From contig JBKJLC010000278.1 of assembly GCA_046597055.1 (NCBI GenBank), positions 1 through 64,000 on the forward strand: a stretch of DNA of 64,000 nucleotides. The letters run 5' to 3'. Position numbers and translations under genes: made by a program. Every line of letters begins with the position of its first letter. Position 1 is the stretch's first letter. Of the stretch, positions 39,223-48,203 are shown one piece after another. The notes beneath the pieces are model-generated. The model searched no databases and was not told where the DNA came from. It saw nothing but the letters and a program-made list of their open reading frames with translations. The stretch is from Kofleriaceae bacterium. Lineage in GTDB: Bacteria > Myxococcota_A > Polyangia > Haliangiales > Haliangiaceae.

Positions 39223-40929
39223 TCAGCCCCCACCCTGCTTCACGGCGGCGGCCAGCTCGGGCGCAAAACACGGCTTGATGCCGTTGTAGATGCAGACGAT
39301 CTCCGCCACGGCCTCGGCGAGGATCGGCTCGAGCAGCGCATCGTCGTCGACGATGAGCAGCGTGGTCTCGCTCACCCGGAAATATTGCAAGAGATCTTTG
39401 CAGTCGTCGGGCGCGGCGCCGTCGAACGTACGTGGGTCGCACAGCACGGTGCGCGGGACGACCTGGACCGTCAAGTGCGCGGGGTACTTGAAGTCGCGCG
39501 GCGCGGCCTTCACGCGCGGTAGCGCGTTCTTTACCTTCCGGTACGCGGCGCCGACCACGGCCGGCCCCAGGTCGTTCGGCGCCGCGACCCGCACGACCAG
39601 CTGATCATCGGGCAGCTCGACCGACGCGCGCCAGGTGACATCGGCGGGCTGGAACTCCTTCGCGACCGGCGCCGGCGCGGCATCGGGCGCAGCCCCGTCG
39701 GCGCGGCGGCCCTGCACGAACGCGAACACCCCGACCCCGACCGCCGAGGCGAGGACCAGGCCGCCTAGCCCGAGCCACAGGTTGGCGCGGCTGCGACGCG
39801 CCACCCCGCCGGGCTCGAGCCGATCGGCGAGCCCGCCCAGGTGGCTCTCCGCGGGCACCGCGCCGGCCGAGGTCACCAACGTCGACCGGGTCGTCGGCAT
39901 CGACGCCGTCGGCGCCTGGCGGCCGAGCGCCGGGTTCCGGGTCGGGGCCCGCACCCGCGCGCGGGCAACCGCGTCGCGCGGCACGCGCTGCGTCTCGGTC
40001 AGCCCGAGGTCGGAGTCCGTGAGGATGGTCTCGAGTTCCTTGCGCAGGTCGCGCGCGCTGTCCCAGCGGTCGTCGGCCCGCTTGGCCATCGACCGCACGA
40101 TCGCAGCCTCGAGCGCCGGCGGGATCTCGACGCCGTGGCCGCTCGGGGGGACCAGCGCCTCGGAGAGGTGCTTGGTCATGATCTCGAAGTGGGTGTTGCC
40201 GTCGAACGGCGTCTCGCCGACCACCGCCTCGTAGAGCGTCGCGCCCAGCGAATAGATGTCGGACCGCGCGTCCACGTCGTGGCCACGCACCTGCTCGGGC
40301 GACATGTAGCGCACCGTGCCCATGGTCTGGCCGGTCGCGGTCAGCCGGGTCGACGTCGTCATCTTGGCGATGCCGAAGTCCATCACCGTCGCGGTGCCGT
40401 CGTCGGCACGCACCAGCACGTTCGACGGCTTCATGTCGCGGTGGATGATCCCACGGCCATGGGCGTACTCGAGCGCGCGCAGCACGTCGATCGCGATCCG
40501 GGTCGCGGTCGGCCAGTCCTGCCGCTCGCTGTCCAGGATCAGGCGCTCCCAGGTGTCGCCGGCGACGAGCTGCATCGCCAGGACGAAGCTGCCGTTCTCC
40601 TCGCCGAAGTTGTAGAGGTGGACGATGTTGGGGTGGTCGAGCTGCGCGAGCGCGCGCGCCTCCTCGACGAACCGGGACTTGACCTGGCTGTACGCGGCCA
40701 GATCGGGCGGCAGCACCTTGAGCGCGACGTCCTGATCGGTCAGCGTGTGGCGACCGCGGAAGACGACGCTCATGCCACCCTGGCCGAGCACGTCCTCGAT
40801 CCGGTACTGCCCGAGCACGGTCGTGCCGATCATCCGGTGCGCGCCGGTCGGGCCCACGGCGCCGCCACACGCCTTGCAACGGACGTCGATCTCGAGGACC
40901 TCGGCGCCGCAGCTCGGGCAGGTCGGCAT
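39223..40929 (-). CDS. Membrane Ser/Thr protein kinase with N-terminal Zn ribbon
   Basis: CPSC...CKAC, GQGGMSVV, VALK, HRDMKPSN, DFG, GTVRYMSPE, TM, extracytoplasmic domain. Confidence 0.94.
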   Translation of the reverse strand: MPTCPSCGAEVLEIDVRCKACGGAVGPTGAHRMIGTTVLGQYRIEDVLGQGGMSVVFRGRHTLTDQDVALKVLPPDLAAYSQVKSRFVEEARALAQLDHPNIVHLYNFGEENGSFVLAMQLVAGDTWERLILDSERQDWPTATRIAIDVLRALEYAHGRGIIHRDMKPSNVLVRADDGTATVMDFGIAKMTTSTRLTATGQTMGTVRYMSPEQVRGHDVDARSDIYSLGATLYEAVVGETPFDGNTHFEIMTKHLSEALVPPSGHGVEIPPALEAAIVRSMAKRADDRWDSARDLRKELETILTDSDLGLTETQRVPRDAVARARVRAPTRNPALGRQAPTASMPTTRSTLVTSAGAVPAESHLGGLADRLEPGGVARRSRANLWLGLGGLVLASAVGVGVFAFVQGRRADGAAPDAAPAPVAKEFQPADVTWRASVELPDDQLVVRVAAPNDLGPAVVGAAYRKVKNALPRVKAAPRDFKYPAHLTVQVVPRTVLCDPRTFDGAAPDDCKDLLQYFRVSETTLLIVDDDALLEPILAEAVAEIVCIYNGIKPCFAPELAAAVKQGGG

Positions 40930-41045
40930 GTCGCCAGAGAAGTCTACCTCGCGACGCACGGCGCCGTCGCCCGACAGCGCGTCCAACCTGGTCTCGGCGG
41001 GACCGGGCGCCGCCGACCTGCGGCGGAGATCTAATGATGAATGAT

Positions 41046-41080
41046 GGATGTGCCGGCCGACGGTCAGCCGGCGATCATCC
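41046..41080 (-). terminator. Imperfect hairpin after the beta-barrel gene
   Basis: ggatg-tgccggc...gccggc-gat-catcc. Confidence 0.3.
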
Positions 41081-41094
41081 GGCGATCATCCGTG

Positions 41095-41961
41095 TCAGAA
41101 CGTGACCATGCCGCCGAGGCGGAGCCGCGAGTAGCTCTCGCCCTCGTCGTCGGGGATCACCGAGCGGGCCAGCGGCGTGGCGCCCGCGGGCGCCGGCTCG
41201 GCGCTGTCGTTCAGGCTCTCGCGCGAGCCGAGGCGCATGTCGCCGAACAGCGTGATGCGGTCGGTCATCCGCCAGCGCAGGCCGGCGCCGATCTCCGCGA
41301 TCGCCTGGTTGTCCTCCCAGCCGCCCTCGACCTCGACCTGGGTCGAGCCGATACCGGCCGTCACGTACGGCGCGAGCCGCCGGCGCGCGCCGAGCTCGAG
41401 GTTGGCGCCGAGCAGGATGCGTCGGTCGACGCGGTCGCCACCGGCCAGCGTGTTCTTCGCGATCTCGGCCTCGAGCAGCAACGGACCTGACAGGCGCAGC
41501 TGACCGACCAGGCCGAGGTCCTCGCCCTCGTGCTCGCCACCGACGCTGACGCCGCCGAGGAACGCGCCGAGGCCGAAGCGCGGCAGCGGGTTCTCGGCGA
41601 CGACGACCACCTGGCTGCCGACGTACGGCGCGGGCGCGATCGGCGCGTAGTAGCCGTTGTCGCACTGGCAGTCGACCGGCGGCGGCGGCGGCTGCGCGAA
41701 GGGTCGCTCATAATAGTAGCCGCCACCGATCCAGATGGATCCGCCGATCACGATCGGGCGGTGACGGTACGTGCGGTAGGGGCGAAACGGGCGGAACGGG
41801 CGCACGTGGACCCGGGGGCCACCGATGCGAACGTGGGCGCGGGCGCTGCCCCCGATGCGGACGCGCACGTCGGCCGAGGCCTCGGTGGCGGTCGTCATGG
41901 CCATGGCGCCACCCAGCGCGATGGCCAAGCCCAGGGTCCCCAGCAGGCGGTTCGTGATCAC
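41095..41961 (-). CDS. Outer-membrane beta-barrel (8-stranded OmpA-like) protein with Arg/Pro-rich N-terminal extension
   Basis: AGGAG RBS, signal peptide ASA-D, PYVTAGIG, GAGLRW, terminal F. Confidence 0.8.
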   Translation of the reverse strand: MITNRLLGTLGLAIALGGAMAMTTATEASADVRVRIGGSARAHVRIGGPRVHVRPFRPFRPYRTYRHRPIVIGGSIWIGGGYYYERPFAQPPPPPVDCQCDNGYYAPIAPAPYVGSQVVVVAENPLPRFGLGAFLGGVSVGGEHEGEDLGLVGQLRLSGPLLLEAEIAKNTLAGGDRVDRRILLGANLELGARRRLAPYVTAGIGSTQVEVEGGWEDNQAIAEIGAGLRWRMTDRITLFGDMRLGSRESLNDSAEPAPAGATPLARSVIPDDEGESYSRLRLGGMVTF

Positions 41962-42268
41962 GGCGTGGCTCCTTGACGGTAACTAGACGGGTACGGCCGA
42001 GTCGATTCTGACCAGAGACGTGCGACCGAGAGCTTCGGTTTACTTCGAACTTTGCATCCCCTGCGCCACCGCCGGGTCCGGATGCCCCGGTCCCCGTCGC
42101 TTCGGGGCCGCGGAGCGTTGGAGCCAGGTTACATCGCCGAGTTAGCTCGCGCTCGTCCTCAGTGTGAACGGGTCTTCACGCTCCACGTGCCGGGCGTGCA
42201 ACAAGCGGCACGCACCTGTGTCCGGCCGCACGAGTGAGTCCGAAGTGTCCCGAATGGTTTGGCTATGC

Positions 42269-42297
42269 TTGACGTGCGCACCTCGGGTCCATACAGT
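42269..42297 (+). promoter_or_regulatory. sigma70-type promoter
   Basis: TTGACG (42269-42274), N17, TACAGT (42292-42297). Confidence 0.6.
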
Positions 42298-42320
42298 CGC
42301 CGCCGGATCGGGAGACACCA

Positions 42321-43604
42321 TTGAGCCAGCCCCCAAAGAAGTCGGGTAGCCGTGACATCAACGAGCTGAAGGCTCGTCTGGGCCTCAAAAAAAGCGGGGC
42401 CACGCCGCAAGCCCGTCCCAACGGGAGCGGCGGAGTAGCCCCGCCGCCAGGCCTGAACGTGCCGCCCCCACCCGGGGCGGCACCGCCACCGCCCCCGATG
42501 CCCAACGCAGCCGACGATCCGTTCGGCGCGATGAACGCGATGGCGCAGATCGGGACGTCGCAGCGGGCTCCCGAGATCGTCATCGTTAATGATGGGCGTC
42601 CGGTCGAGAGCGTCAGCGCCGGCACCCAGGCCGCGACCATCGGCAAGTACGTCGCGATCGCGCTGGTACCGTTCATCATCGGCATCGCGATCCGCGGCGT
42701 CTCCAAGGATGCCTCGTCCTACAACGACGGCATCAAGGGCGCCCAGTACCTGATCAAGGACGTCAAGGCGGTGAAGAAGTCGTTGGTCGTGGTGCGCGAC
42801 AAGCTCGCCGCCGACGGCAAGAAGGACCGCGCCGGCAAGGAAGCGACCGCCACGCTCAAGGCCATCAAGGACCTGGAGCTGCGGACCGGCGACGTCTTCA
42901 AGTACAAGCAGAACCTCGGCGCCGAGCTGGCGCGTGAGGTGATGGACTACTACTCGAGCGTCGCGACGCTGCAGATGATGGTCAACGAGCACCTCGAGAC
43001 CGCCCGCAGCGAGGACCTGCTGATCACCGCCGCCCGCGCCAACTCCGAGAAGGCGATGCTTCCGACCAACGACGCCTTCCAGAAGGCGGTCGGCTACAAG
43101 TACGGCGTGCTGGTCTGGAACCCGAGCGAGGAGGAGGCGCAGTCGTCGCAGTCCGCGTTCGGCGCCCGCCTGGTCGAGCTTGGCCCGCCCTACTGCGCCG
43201 GCTCGGACAAGGTCTCGACGTCCGGAACCTGCCCGGACCCGGAGAAGCCGGTCGAGACCCTGTCGTATCGCGACGCGCCCGGCGCGGTGTGGCAACGGGC
43301 CGACTTCGCGATCCCCGGCCGCGACCTCAATCCGGGCGCCGCGATTCCGCCCAAGAAGGTGCTGGTCATGTCGCCGAACGGCGTGCTCACCACGCTGGTC
43401 GGGGAGTGCGCCGGCGGCGCCGACAAGGCCACCGAGGGTGGTTGCCAGCGCAACATCGGCGGCGCCGCGGCCGAGGCGGCCTACCGCAAGCGCCTGACGA
43501 CGATCAGCAAGCGGCTCGAGGAGACCGTCGAGATGGCGAACAAGGTCGAGCAGCGCCTGTCGCCCAAGTCGAACGAGTCCGACCGCTTCTCGTTCTTCAT
43601 GTAG
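42321..43604 (+). CDS. Single-pass membrane hypothetical protein
   Basis: GGAG RBS + TTG start, Pro-rich cytoplasmic tail, TM (YVAIALVPFIIGIAI), helical periplasmic part with two Cys pairs, strong codon bias. Confidence 0.85.
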   Translation: MSQPPKKSGSRDINELKARLGLKKSGATPQARPNGSGGVAPPPGLNVPPPPGAAPPPPPMPNAADDPFGAMNAMAQIGTSQRAPEIVIVNDGRPVESVSAGTQAATIGKYVAIALVPFIIGIAIRGVSKDASSYNDGIKGAQYLIKDVKAVKKSLVVVRDKLAADGKKDRAGKEATATLKAIKDLELRTGDVFKYKQNLGAELAREVMDYYSSVATLQMMVNEHLETARSEDLLITAARANSEKAMLPTNDAFQKAVGYKYGVLVWNPSEEEAQSSQSAFGARLVELGPPYCAGSDKVSTSGTCPDPEKPVETLSYRDAPGAVWQRADFAIPGRDLNPGAAIPPKKVLVMSPNGVLTTLVGECAGGADKATEGGCQRNIGGAAAEAAYRKRLTTISKRLEETVEMANKVEQRLSPKSNESDRFSFFM

Positions 43605-43665
43605 TGCCGGCGGCCTCCGGCCGTCGGGCGCTGACGCACTCTCCGTGCTGACCGCGCGGGAGCGA

Positions 43666-44601
43666 TCAGGCGAGCAGGTCGACCAGGCGAACGCCGTGGG
43701 TCGACACCCCGGCGGCGCGACGCACGCCGGTGCCGTCGTCGCGGACCGCGGCGAAGGCCATCGTGGCGGTGTCGTGCACGGCGGCCAGCCCGCCGCGCGG
43801 ATCGATGCAGATCACGCCGCCGTGACCACGGCCGCGGCGCGCCAGCTCCGCGAGCGCCGCGGCAGCCGCCGCGTCGGGTGGCTCGCCGCGACCGAGGCGA
43901 TCGGTCAGCCCGCGCGTGAGCCCGACCCGGATGATCGCCTCGCCGTCGCCGGTGGCCGAGGCGGCGCCAGCGGTGTCGTCGGCCCACGTGCCGGCGCCCG
44001 GCAGCGGGGTGTCGCCGACCCGGCCAGGCCGCTTGTAGTTGGTGCCGCCGGTCGAGGTCGCGGCGGCGACGTGCCCGGCCCGATCGAGGGCGACCGCGCC
44101 GACGGTGCCGCCGTCGCGCGCGACGGTCGCGAGAGCGAGCGCCCGCCGCTCGTGCTCGGCCTGCCAGCGTGCGCGGGCCCGCTCGGTGACGAGCGATCCC
44201 GGCGGCGCCGGCGTGATGCCGCGCTCGCGGGCGAAGGTCCAGGCGGCGGGACCGGCGAGCAGCACGTGCTCGCCGTCGTCGAGCACCGCGCGCGCCAGCT
44301 CGATCGGCCGCGCCAGGTCGGGGACCGCCGCGACCCCTCCGATCGCCAGCGAGGTGCCGTCCATGATCGCGGCGTCGAGCTCGACGGTGCCGTCGCGGGT
44401 CAGGACCGCGCCGGTGCCCGCGTTGAGCTCGGGATCATCCTCGAGGACGCGGACCGCCGCCTGGACCGCATCGAGCGCGCTGCCCCCGGCAGCCAGGATC
44501 GCGAAGCCGACGGCGGCCGCGGCCGCGCAGCCGTCGCCGAGCCGGGCGTGCCGATCGGCGGAGATCGCGCCGGCCCCGCCGTGCACGACCAGCGTGATCA
44601 C
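43666..44601 (-). CDS. iaaA: Isoaspartyl peptidase/L-asparaginase (asparaginase type 2)
   Basis: LVVHGGAG, LEDDPELNAGTG, ELDAAIMDG, G-TVGAVA, AATSTGG, GRVGDTP, SATGDGE. Confidence 0.92.
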   Translation of the reverse strand: MITLVVHGGAGAISADRHARLGDGCAAAAAVGFAILAAGGSALDAVQAAVRVLEDDPELNAGTGAVLTRDGTVELDAAIMDGTSLAIGGVAAVPDLARPIELARAVLDDGEHVLLAGPAAWTFARERGITPAPPGSLVTERARARWQAEHERRALALATVARDGGTVGAVALDRAGHVAAATSTGGTNYKRPGRVGDTPLPGAGTWADDTAGAASATGDGEAIIRVGLTRGLTDRLGRGEPPDAAAAAALAELARRGRGHGGVICIDPRGGLAAVHDTATMAFAAVRDDGTGVRRAAGVSTHGVRLVDLLA

Positions 44602-45578
44602 GGCGCCGCTCCGTCGGCGGCGCAGCGAAAGCCGACGATGACGTGGCGCGCCTCGCGCGGACGTCCGTGCCAGGCAGCGCCGCGGCCGAGGCCGCCCCAG
44701 TCCTCCCAGGCCGAGCCCTTGACGGTCATGGTGGTCGGGCGCGCCGCGGCCGGTGCCGGCGCGCGAGGCGGCCACGGAGTCGAGGTCCACTCGAACACGT
44801 TGCCGGCGGTGTCGAGCACGCCGAACGGGCTGGCCGCGTCAGGGTAGCTGCCGACCGGGACGGTGTCGCGCGGGCCACCGACCGCCGAGTTGAGCCGGCT
44901 GGGGGCGAAGGTCGCGCCCCATGGATAGGCGAAGCCCTCGTCGCCGCGGGCCGCCTTTTCGCGCTCGTGCGCCGACGGCAACCGGCGCGGCGCCGAGACG
45001 ACCTGGCCGCGCCACACGCAGTACGCCGCGGCGTCGTCCCACGCGATCAGGACGACCGGATGGTCCTCGCGCTCGGCCGGCGGCCGGCCGTCGTTCCACA
45101 AGAACCGGGTGACCTCCTCGGGCCAGCGCTGGCGGAACCCCGACGCCTTCCAGGTCGCCTCGTCCATGGTCGGCGCCGGTGCGCCGCCGTCGCCGACGAA
45201 CTCGGCGTAGGCCGCGTTGGTGACCGGCATGAGGTCGATCCGGAACGTCGGCAGCTCGACGATGTGGCGCTCTTCTTCCTTCTCGAACCACGCCTTGGCG
45301 CGCGCGCCGTCGTTTCCCGACGTGTCGCGGTGCGCGTCGTAGGCATCCGAGCGCTCCTCGGGCGTCGAGCCGGCGATCGAGCGACTCGCCGGCACCGGCA
45401 CCATCTGCGCGTCGGCGGCGGTCGACAGCGGCGCCGCACCGCCGCGCCACGCGACCGGCCGCGCCGGCGTGGACGTGGTCGCCGGCAGCGGATCCGACGG
45501 TGCGAGCGGAGGGCGCTCGGGGCCGCAGGCCGCGGCCAGCATCAGGAACACCGCGCGCGTCCGAAATCCTCCACCCAT
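44598..45578 (-). CDS. SUMF1/EgtB/PvdO (FGE-sulfatase fold) lipoprotein
   Basis: Lipobox LAAAC, PVTNAAY, HPVV-IAWDDAAAYC-W, RLP...EKAARG, DTAGNVFEW, VGFRC. Confidence 0.9.
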   Translation of the reverse strand: MGGGFRTRAVFLMLAAACGPERPPLAPSDPLPATTSTPARPVAWRGGAAPLSTAADAQMVPVPASRSIAGSTPEERSDAYDAHRDTSGNDGARAKAWFEKEEERHIVELPTFRIDLMPVTNAAYAEFVGDGGAPAPTMDEATWKASGFRQRWPEEVTRFLWNDGRPPAEREDHPVVLIAWDDAAAYCVWRGQVVSAPRRLPSAHEREKAARGDEGFAYPWGATFAPSRLNSAVGGPRDTVPVGSYPDAASPFGVLDTAGNVFEWTSTPWPPRAPAPAAARPTTMTVKGSAWEDWGGLGRGAAWHGRPREARHVIVGFRCAADGAAP

Positions 45579-45585
45579 GCGCGGA

Positions 45586-46722
45586 CTATAAGGGGTCGCG
45601 GCGGCGAACGCGCTGGCGCCGGGCGCGCTCCGCCTCGGCGCGCTGGTCGGCGAGGTCGGTGAGCGCCTCGGCCAGCGCGGGCAGGTAGTCGGGGTTGCGG
45701 CCGAGCGCCGCCGCGTCGAGGATCGTGGGCGCGATCGCCACGCCGAGCCGGGGGATCGCACCGACCTGGTCGCGCAGCATGCGCACGCGCGGCGCCCGCT
45801 CCCAGGTGTCGACGTGGACGACCGACGCGAGGACCAGCGCGCCCTCGACATCGCGGACGATCGACGTCGCGAACAGCCAGCGTCCATCGACCGACCACGC
45901 CGGCGCGCCCTCGTCGGTCGCCTCCAGGCCGATCCCGGACGGCGCGCGTGCGCGGGTGGCGGCGTCATCGGCGTCCGGGTCGAGCGCTTCGACCACGACG
46001 TCGAGATCGCGGCCACCGTCGGCACGCACGCGCGCGGTCACGTAGGCCAGGTACCGGCCGTCGGGCGACAGGACCGGCGACCCATCGGCGGGCCCATCGG
46101 TCAGCGCGACTACCGCGCCGTCGACGGTCCGCGCGGCGATGAAGCTGCGCGGCGGGTCGCGCTCGATGACCTGGAAGATGACCCGACCCGCGGCGACGGT
46201 CGGCGCCAGCTCCTGGCCGGGGCCGTCGGTCAGGGCCACCGGCGGACCGGCCGGGCGCGCGCCGCGGCGGTCGATCACCATCGGCAGGCGATAAAGATCG
46301 AGATCACCGCCGCCGTCGCGATCGCTCGCGAAGATGATCGAGCCGTCCGGGGCCCACACCGGATCGACCTCGCGGGCGAGACCGTCGGTCACCGGCACCG
46401 CGGGGGCCTCGGCGACCGCCGGGGCCACCCACAGGCGGGGACGGCCCTCGGTGCGATCGCGACCGCGGGCGAAGACCAGCCAGCCACCGCCGGGCGCGAA
46501 CGCCGGGTGCTCGTCGGCGGCCGGATCGGCCAGGAGTGGGGCGCGGCGGTCGCCGTGCTCGTCGACGATCACGAGCCGGCCGGAGCCGGCCCAGGGCTCG
46601 GTCAGGACCAGCCGGACCGGCGCGTCGACCGGGGGCTCCGGGACCTGGAGCCCGGCGCATGCCGACGTGCCGGCAACCAGGGTCCCGGCGGCGAGCCAGG
46701 CGAGCGCACGAGCCTGGCGGAT
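45586..46722 (-). CDS. TolB-like PD40 beta-propeller protein, probable lipoprotein (start uncertain)
   Basis: HPAFAPGG, DPVWAPDG-IIFASDR, SPVLSPDGRYLAY, APAWSVDGRWL. Frame is open upstream of GTG 46572 and encodes a signal peptide. Confidence 0.75.
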   Translation of the reverse strand: MRQARALAWLAAGTLVAGTSACAGLQVPEPPVDAPVRLVLTEPWAGSGRLVIVDEHGDRRAPLLADPAADEHPAFAPGGGWLVFARGRDRTEGRPRLWVAPAVAEAPAVPVTDGLAREVDPVWAPDGSIIFASDRDGGGDLDLYRLPMVIDRRGARPAGPPVALTDGPGQELAPTVAAGRVIFQVIERDPPRSFIAARTVDGAVVALTDGPADGSPVLSPDGRYLAYVTARVRADGGRDLDVVVEALDPDADDAATRARAPSGIGLEATDEGAPAWSVDGRWLFATSIVRDVEGALVLASVVHVDTWERAPRVRMLRDQVGAIPRLGVAIAPTILDAAALGRNPDYLPALAEALTDLADQRAEAERARRQRVRRRDPL

Positions 46723-46726
46723 GCGC

Positions 46727-46748
46727 GGCGTTCGAGGCTTCGAACGCC
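46727..46748 (-). terminator. Perfect 9-bp stem hairpin after the small membrane protein gene
   Basis: ggcgttcga-ggct-tcgaacgcc. Confidence 0.45.
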
Positions 46749-46753
46749 GGGCG

Positions 46754-47005
46754 CTAGGGCGCGTCAGGCGCTTCGGCCTTGGTGCTCTTCTTCTTCAGCT
46801 GGTTCATGTCCATGTCCTTCGCGGTGTGGTCCTCCTCGGGGGTGATCCCGAAGTAGACGACGAACCCGAGGAGCAGGACGGCGAGCCCCGAGATGAGCCC
46901 GATCATCGTCGACTTCGCGAGGGCCTCCTGGGTACGGCGCTCGAAGACCACGAAGGCGGCTTCCTGATCGGGGGGAAGCGACGTGAAGTTTGAGTATTCG
47001 GCCAT
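46754..47005 (-). CDS. Small single-TM protein (83 aa)
   Basis: GGGAG RBS, TAGCAT -10 box, TM (MIGLISGLAVLLLGFVVYFGI), charged tail. Confidence 0.8.
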   Translation of the reverse strand: MAEYSNFTSLPPDQEAAFVVFERRTQEALAKSTMIGLISGLAVLLLGFVVYFGITPEEDHTAKDMDMNQLKKKSTKAEAPDAP

Positions 47006-47121
47006 TTCGGAACTCCCTCGGAACGAATGCTACCGTAAGTGGTGTGGCAGGTCTCGGTCGACGACGACACACCGGGACGCGGGCGGGAACCAAGCGGGCC
47101 GGCCGGGCGTTGGGAGGATCG

Positions 47122-48156
47122 ATGAGATCCTGGACAGCCGGTCGGACTGGCGCTGAGACACCCCCCACGCGCGCAGGTTCCTTCTCGTTTGCAGGTGGGA
47201 TCGCCTGCCTCGTAATCTCGGGAGCTTGTGTATCCCCGGACCCGGCTCGCGCCGACCGGCCGGAGGGCGAGGCGCGCCGGGACCACACGGTTCAGGGTGC
47301 CCCACCGGCCGGCGAGACCTGCCTCGGGGTCACCGATCACGGAATCTGGTCGGATCTCGACGATCGGCTGCAGCTGGCGCTGCCGGCCGATCTCGACCGC
47401 GGCCGGGTGCGCGCGACGATCGACGCGCCGCACCGGATGCTGGTGCTGTGGGTCGACGGCTGGCCGGCCAAGCCGTACCCCTTGCTGGCGAGCCCGGACG
47501 GGCCGGCGCTCCAGGTCGGCGCGCACGCCCTGGCGCTGCGCCCCGGTGATCGCGCCGAGCTCGCGCCACTGCTGACCACCGTCAACCTGGCCGCGGCTGG
47601 ACCGCAGCGCGATCGCGACCGCGACGGCGTGCCCGATGGGCTCGACGTGCTGATGGGTGCGAAGAAGGCCGTGCTCAACGCCGACGCCTACACCGAAGGC
47701 TACGTGTCGGTGCGATTCCCGATGGGGGACGTGCCCCGCACGATGGGCGTGTGCACGGACGTCATCGTGCGCGCGCTGCGCAACGCCGGCCTCGATCTGC
47801 AGGCGGCGCTGCAGCGAGACATCCGGCGCTCGCGCCGCTCGTACCCGATGGTGAAGCGGCCCGATGGCAGCATCGACCACCGGCGGGTGCGGACCCTCCT
47901 GCCCTTCTTCCTGCGCCAGCTCGACCGGCGCAGCGCGGCACTCGACGATGCCGGCGATCCGCTGCGGCCGGGCGACGTGGTCCTCTTCGACACGTTCCCG
48001 GGTCGATCGGGCCCCGACCACATCGGCATCGTGTCGGACCGGATCGGCGAGAGTGGGCATCCGCTGGTAATCAACAACTGGACCCACGGCACCGTGACCG
48101 CCGAGATGGACCTGCTCGGCTGGGTGCCGACCACCCATCGCTTCCGCCTGAAGTAG
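47122..48156 (+). CDS. DUF1287 (YijF-like) protein with N-terminal extension, probable lipoprotein
   Basis: GGAGG RBS; Y-EGY...FPMGDVP...GVCTDVIVRALR, IDHRRV, PGDVVLF, HIGIVSD; ISGAC lipobox-like motif. Confidence 0.85.
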   Translation: MRSWTAGRTGAETPPTRAGSFSFAGGIACLVISGACVSPDPARADRPEGEARRDHTVQGAPPAGETCLGVTDHGIWSDLDDRLQLALPADLDRGRVRATIDAPHRMLVLWVDGWPAKPYPLLASPDGPALQVGAHALALRPGDRAELAPLLTTVNLAAAGPQRDRDRDGVPDGLDVLMGAKKAVLNADAYTEGYVSVRFPMGDVPRTMGVCTDVIVRALRNAGLDLQAALQRDIRRSRRSYPMVKRPDGSIDHRRVRTLLPFFLRQLDRRSAALDDAGDPLRPGDVVLFDTFPGRSGPDHIGIVSDRIGESGHPLVINNWTHGTVTAEMDLLGWVPTTHRFRLK

Positions 48157-48203
48157 CCGGGGGCGATTGCCCCGAAAGCTGCGGTTCGCTACCGTACCGG
48201 CCG

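Noticed and set aside
41962..42320. Possible tRNA/ncRNA in the long intergenic region
   Set aside because: No cloverleaf, T-loop or recognisable RNA family motif; explained by divergent promoters.
44598..45578. DGR target (FGE/CLec fold) or ergothioneine pathway with the EgtC-like gene
   Set aside because: No reverse transcriptase or template repeat seen. There is no DinB/HxxxH EgtB domain, the protein is a lipoprotein, and the EgtC-like gene is 31 kb away.
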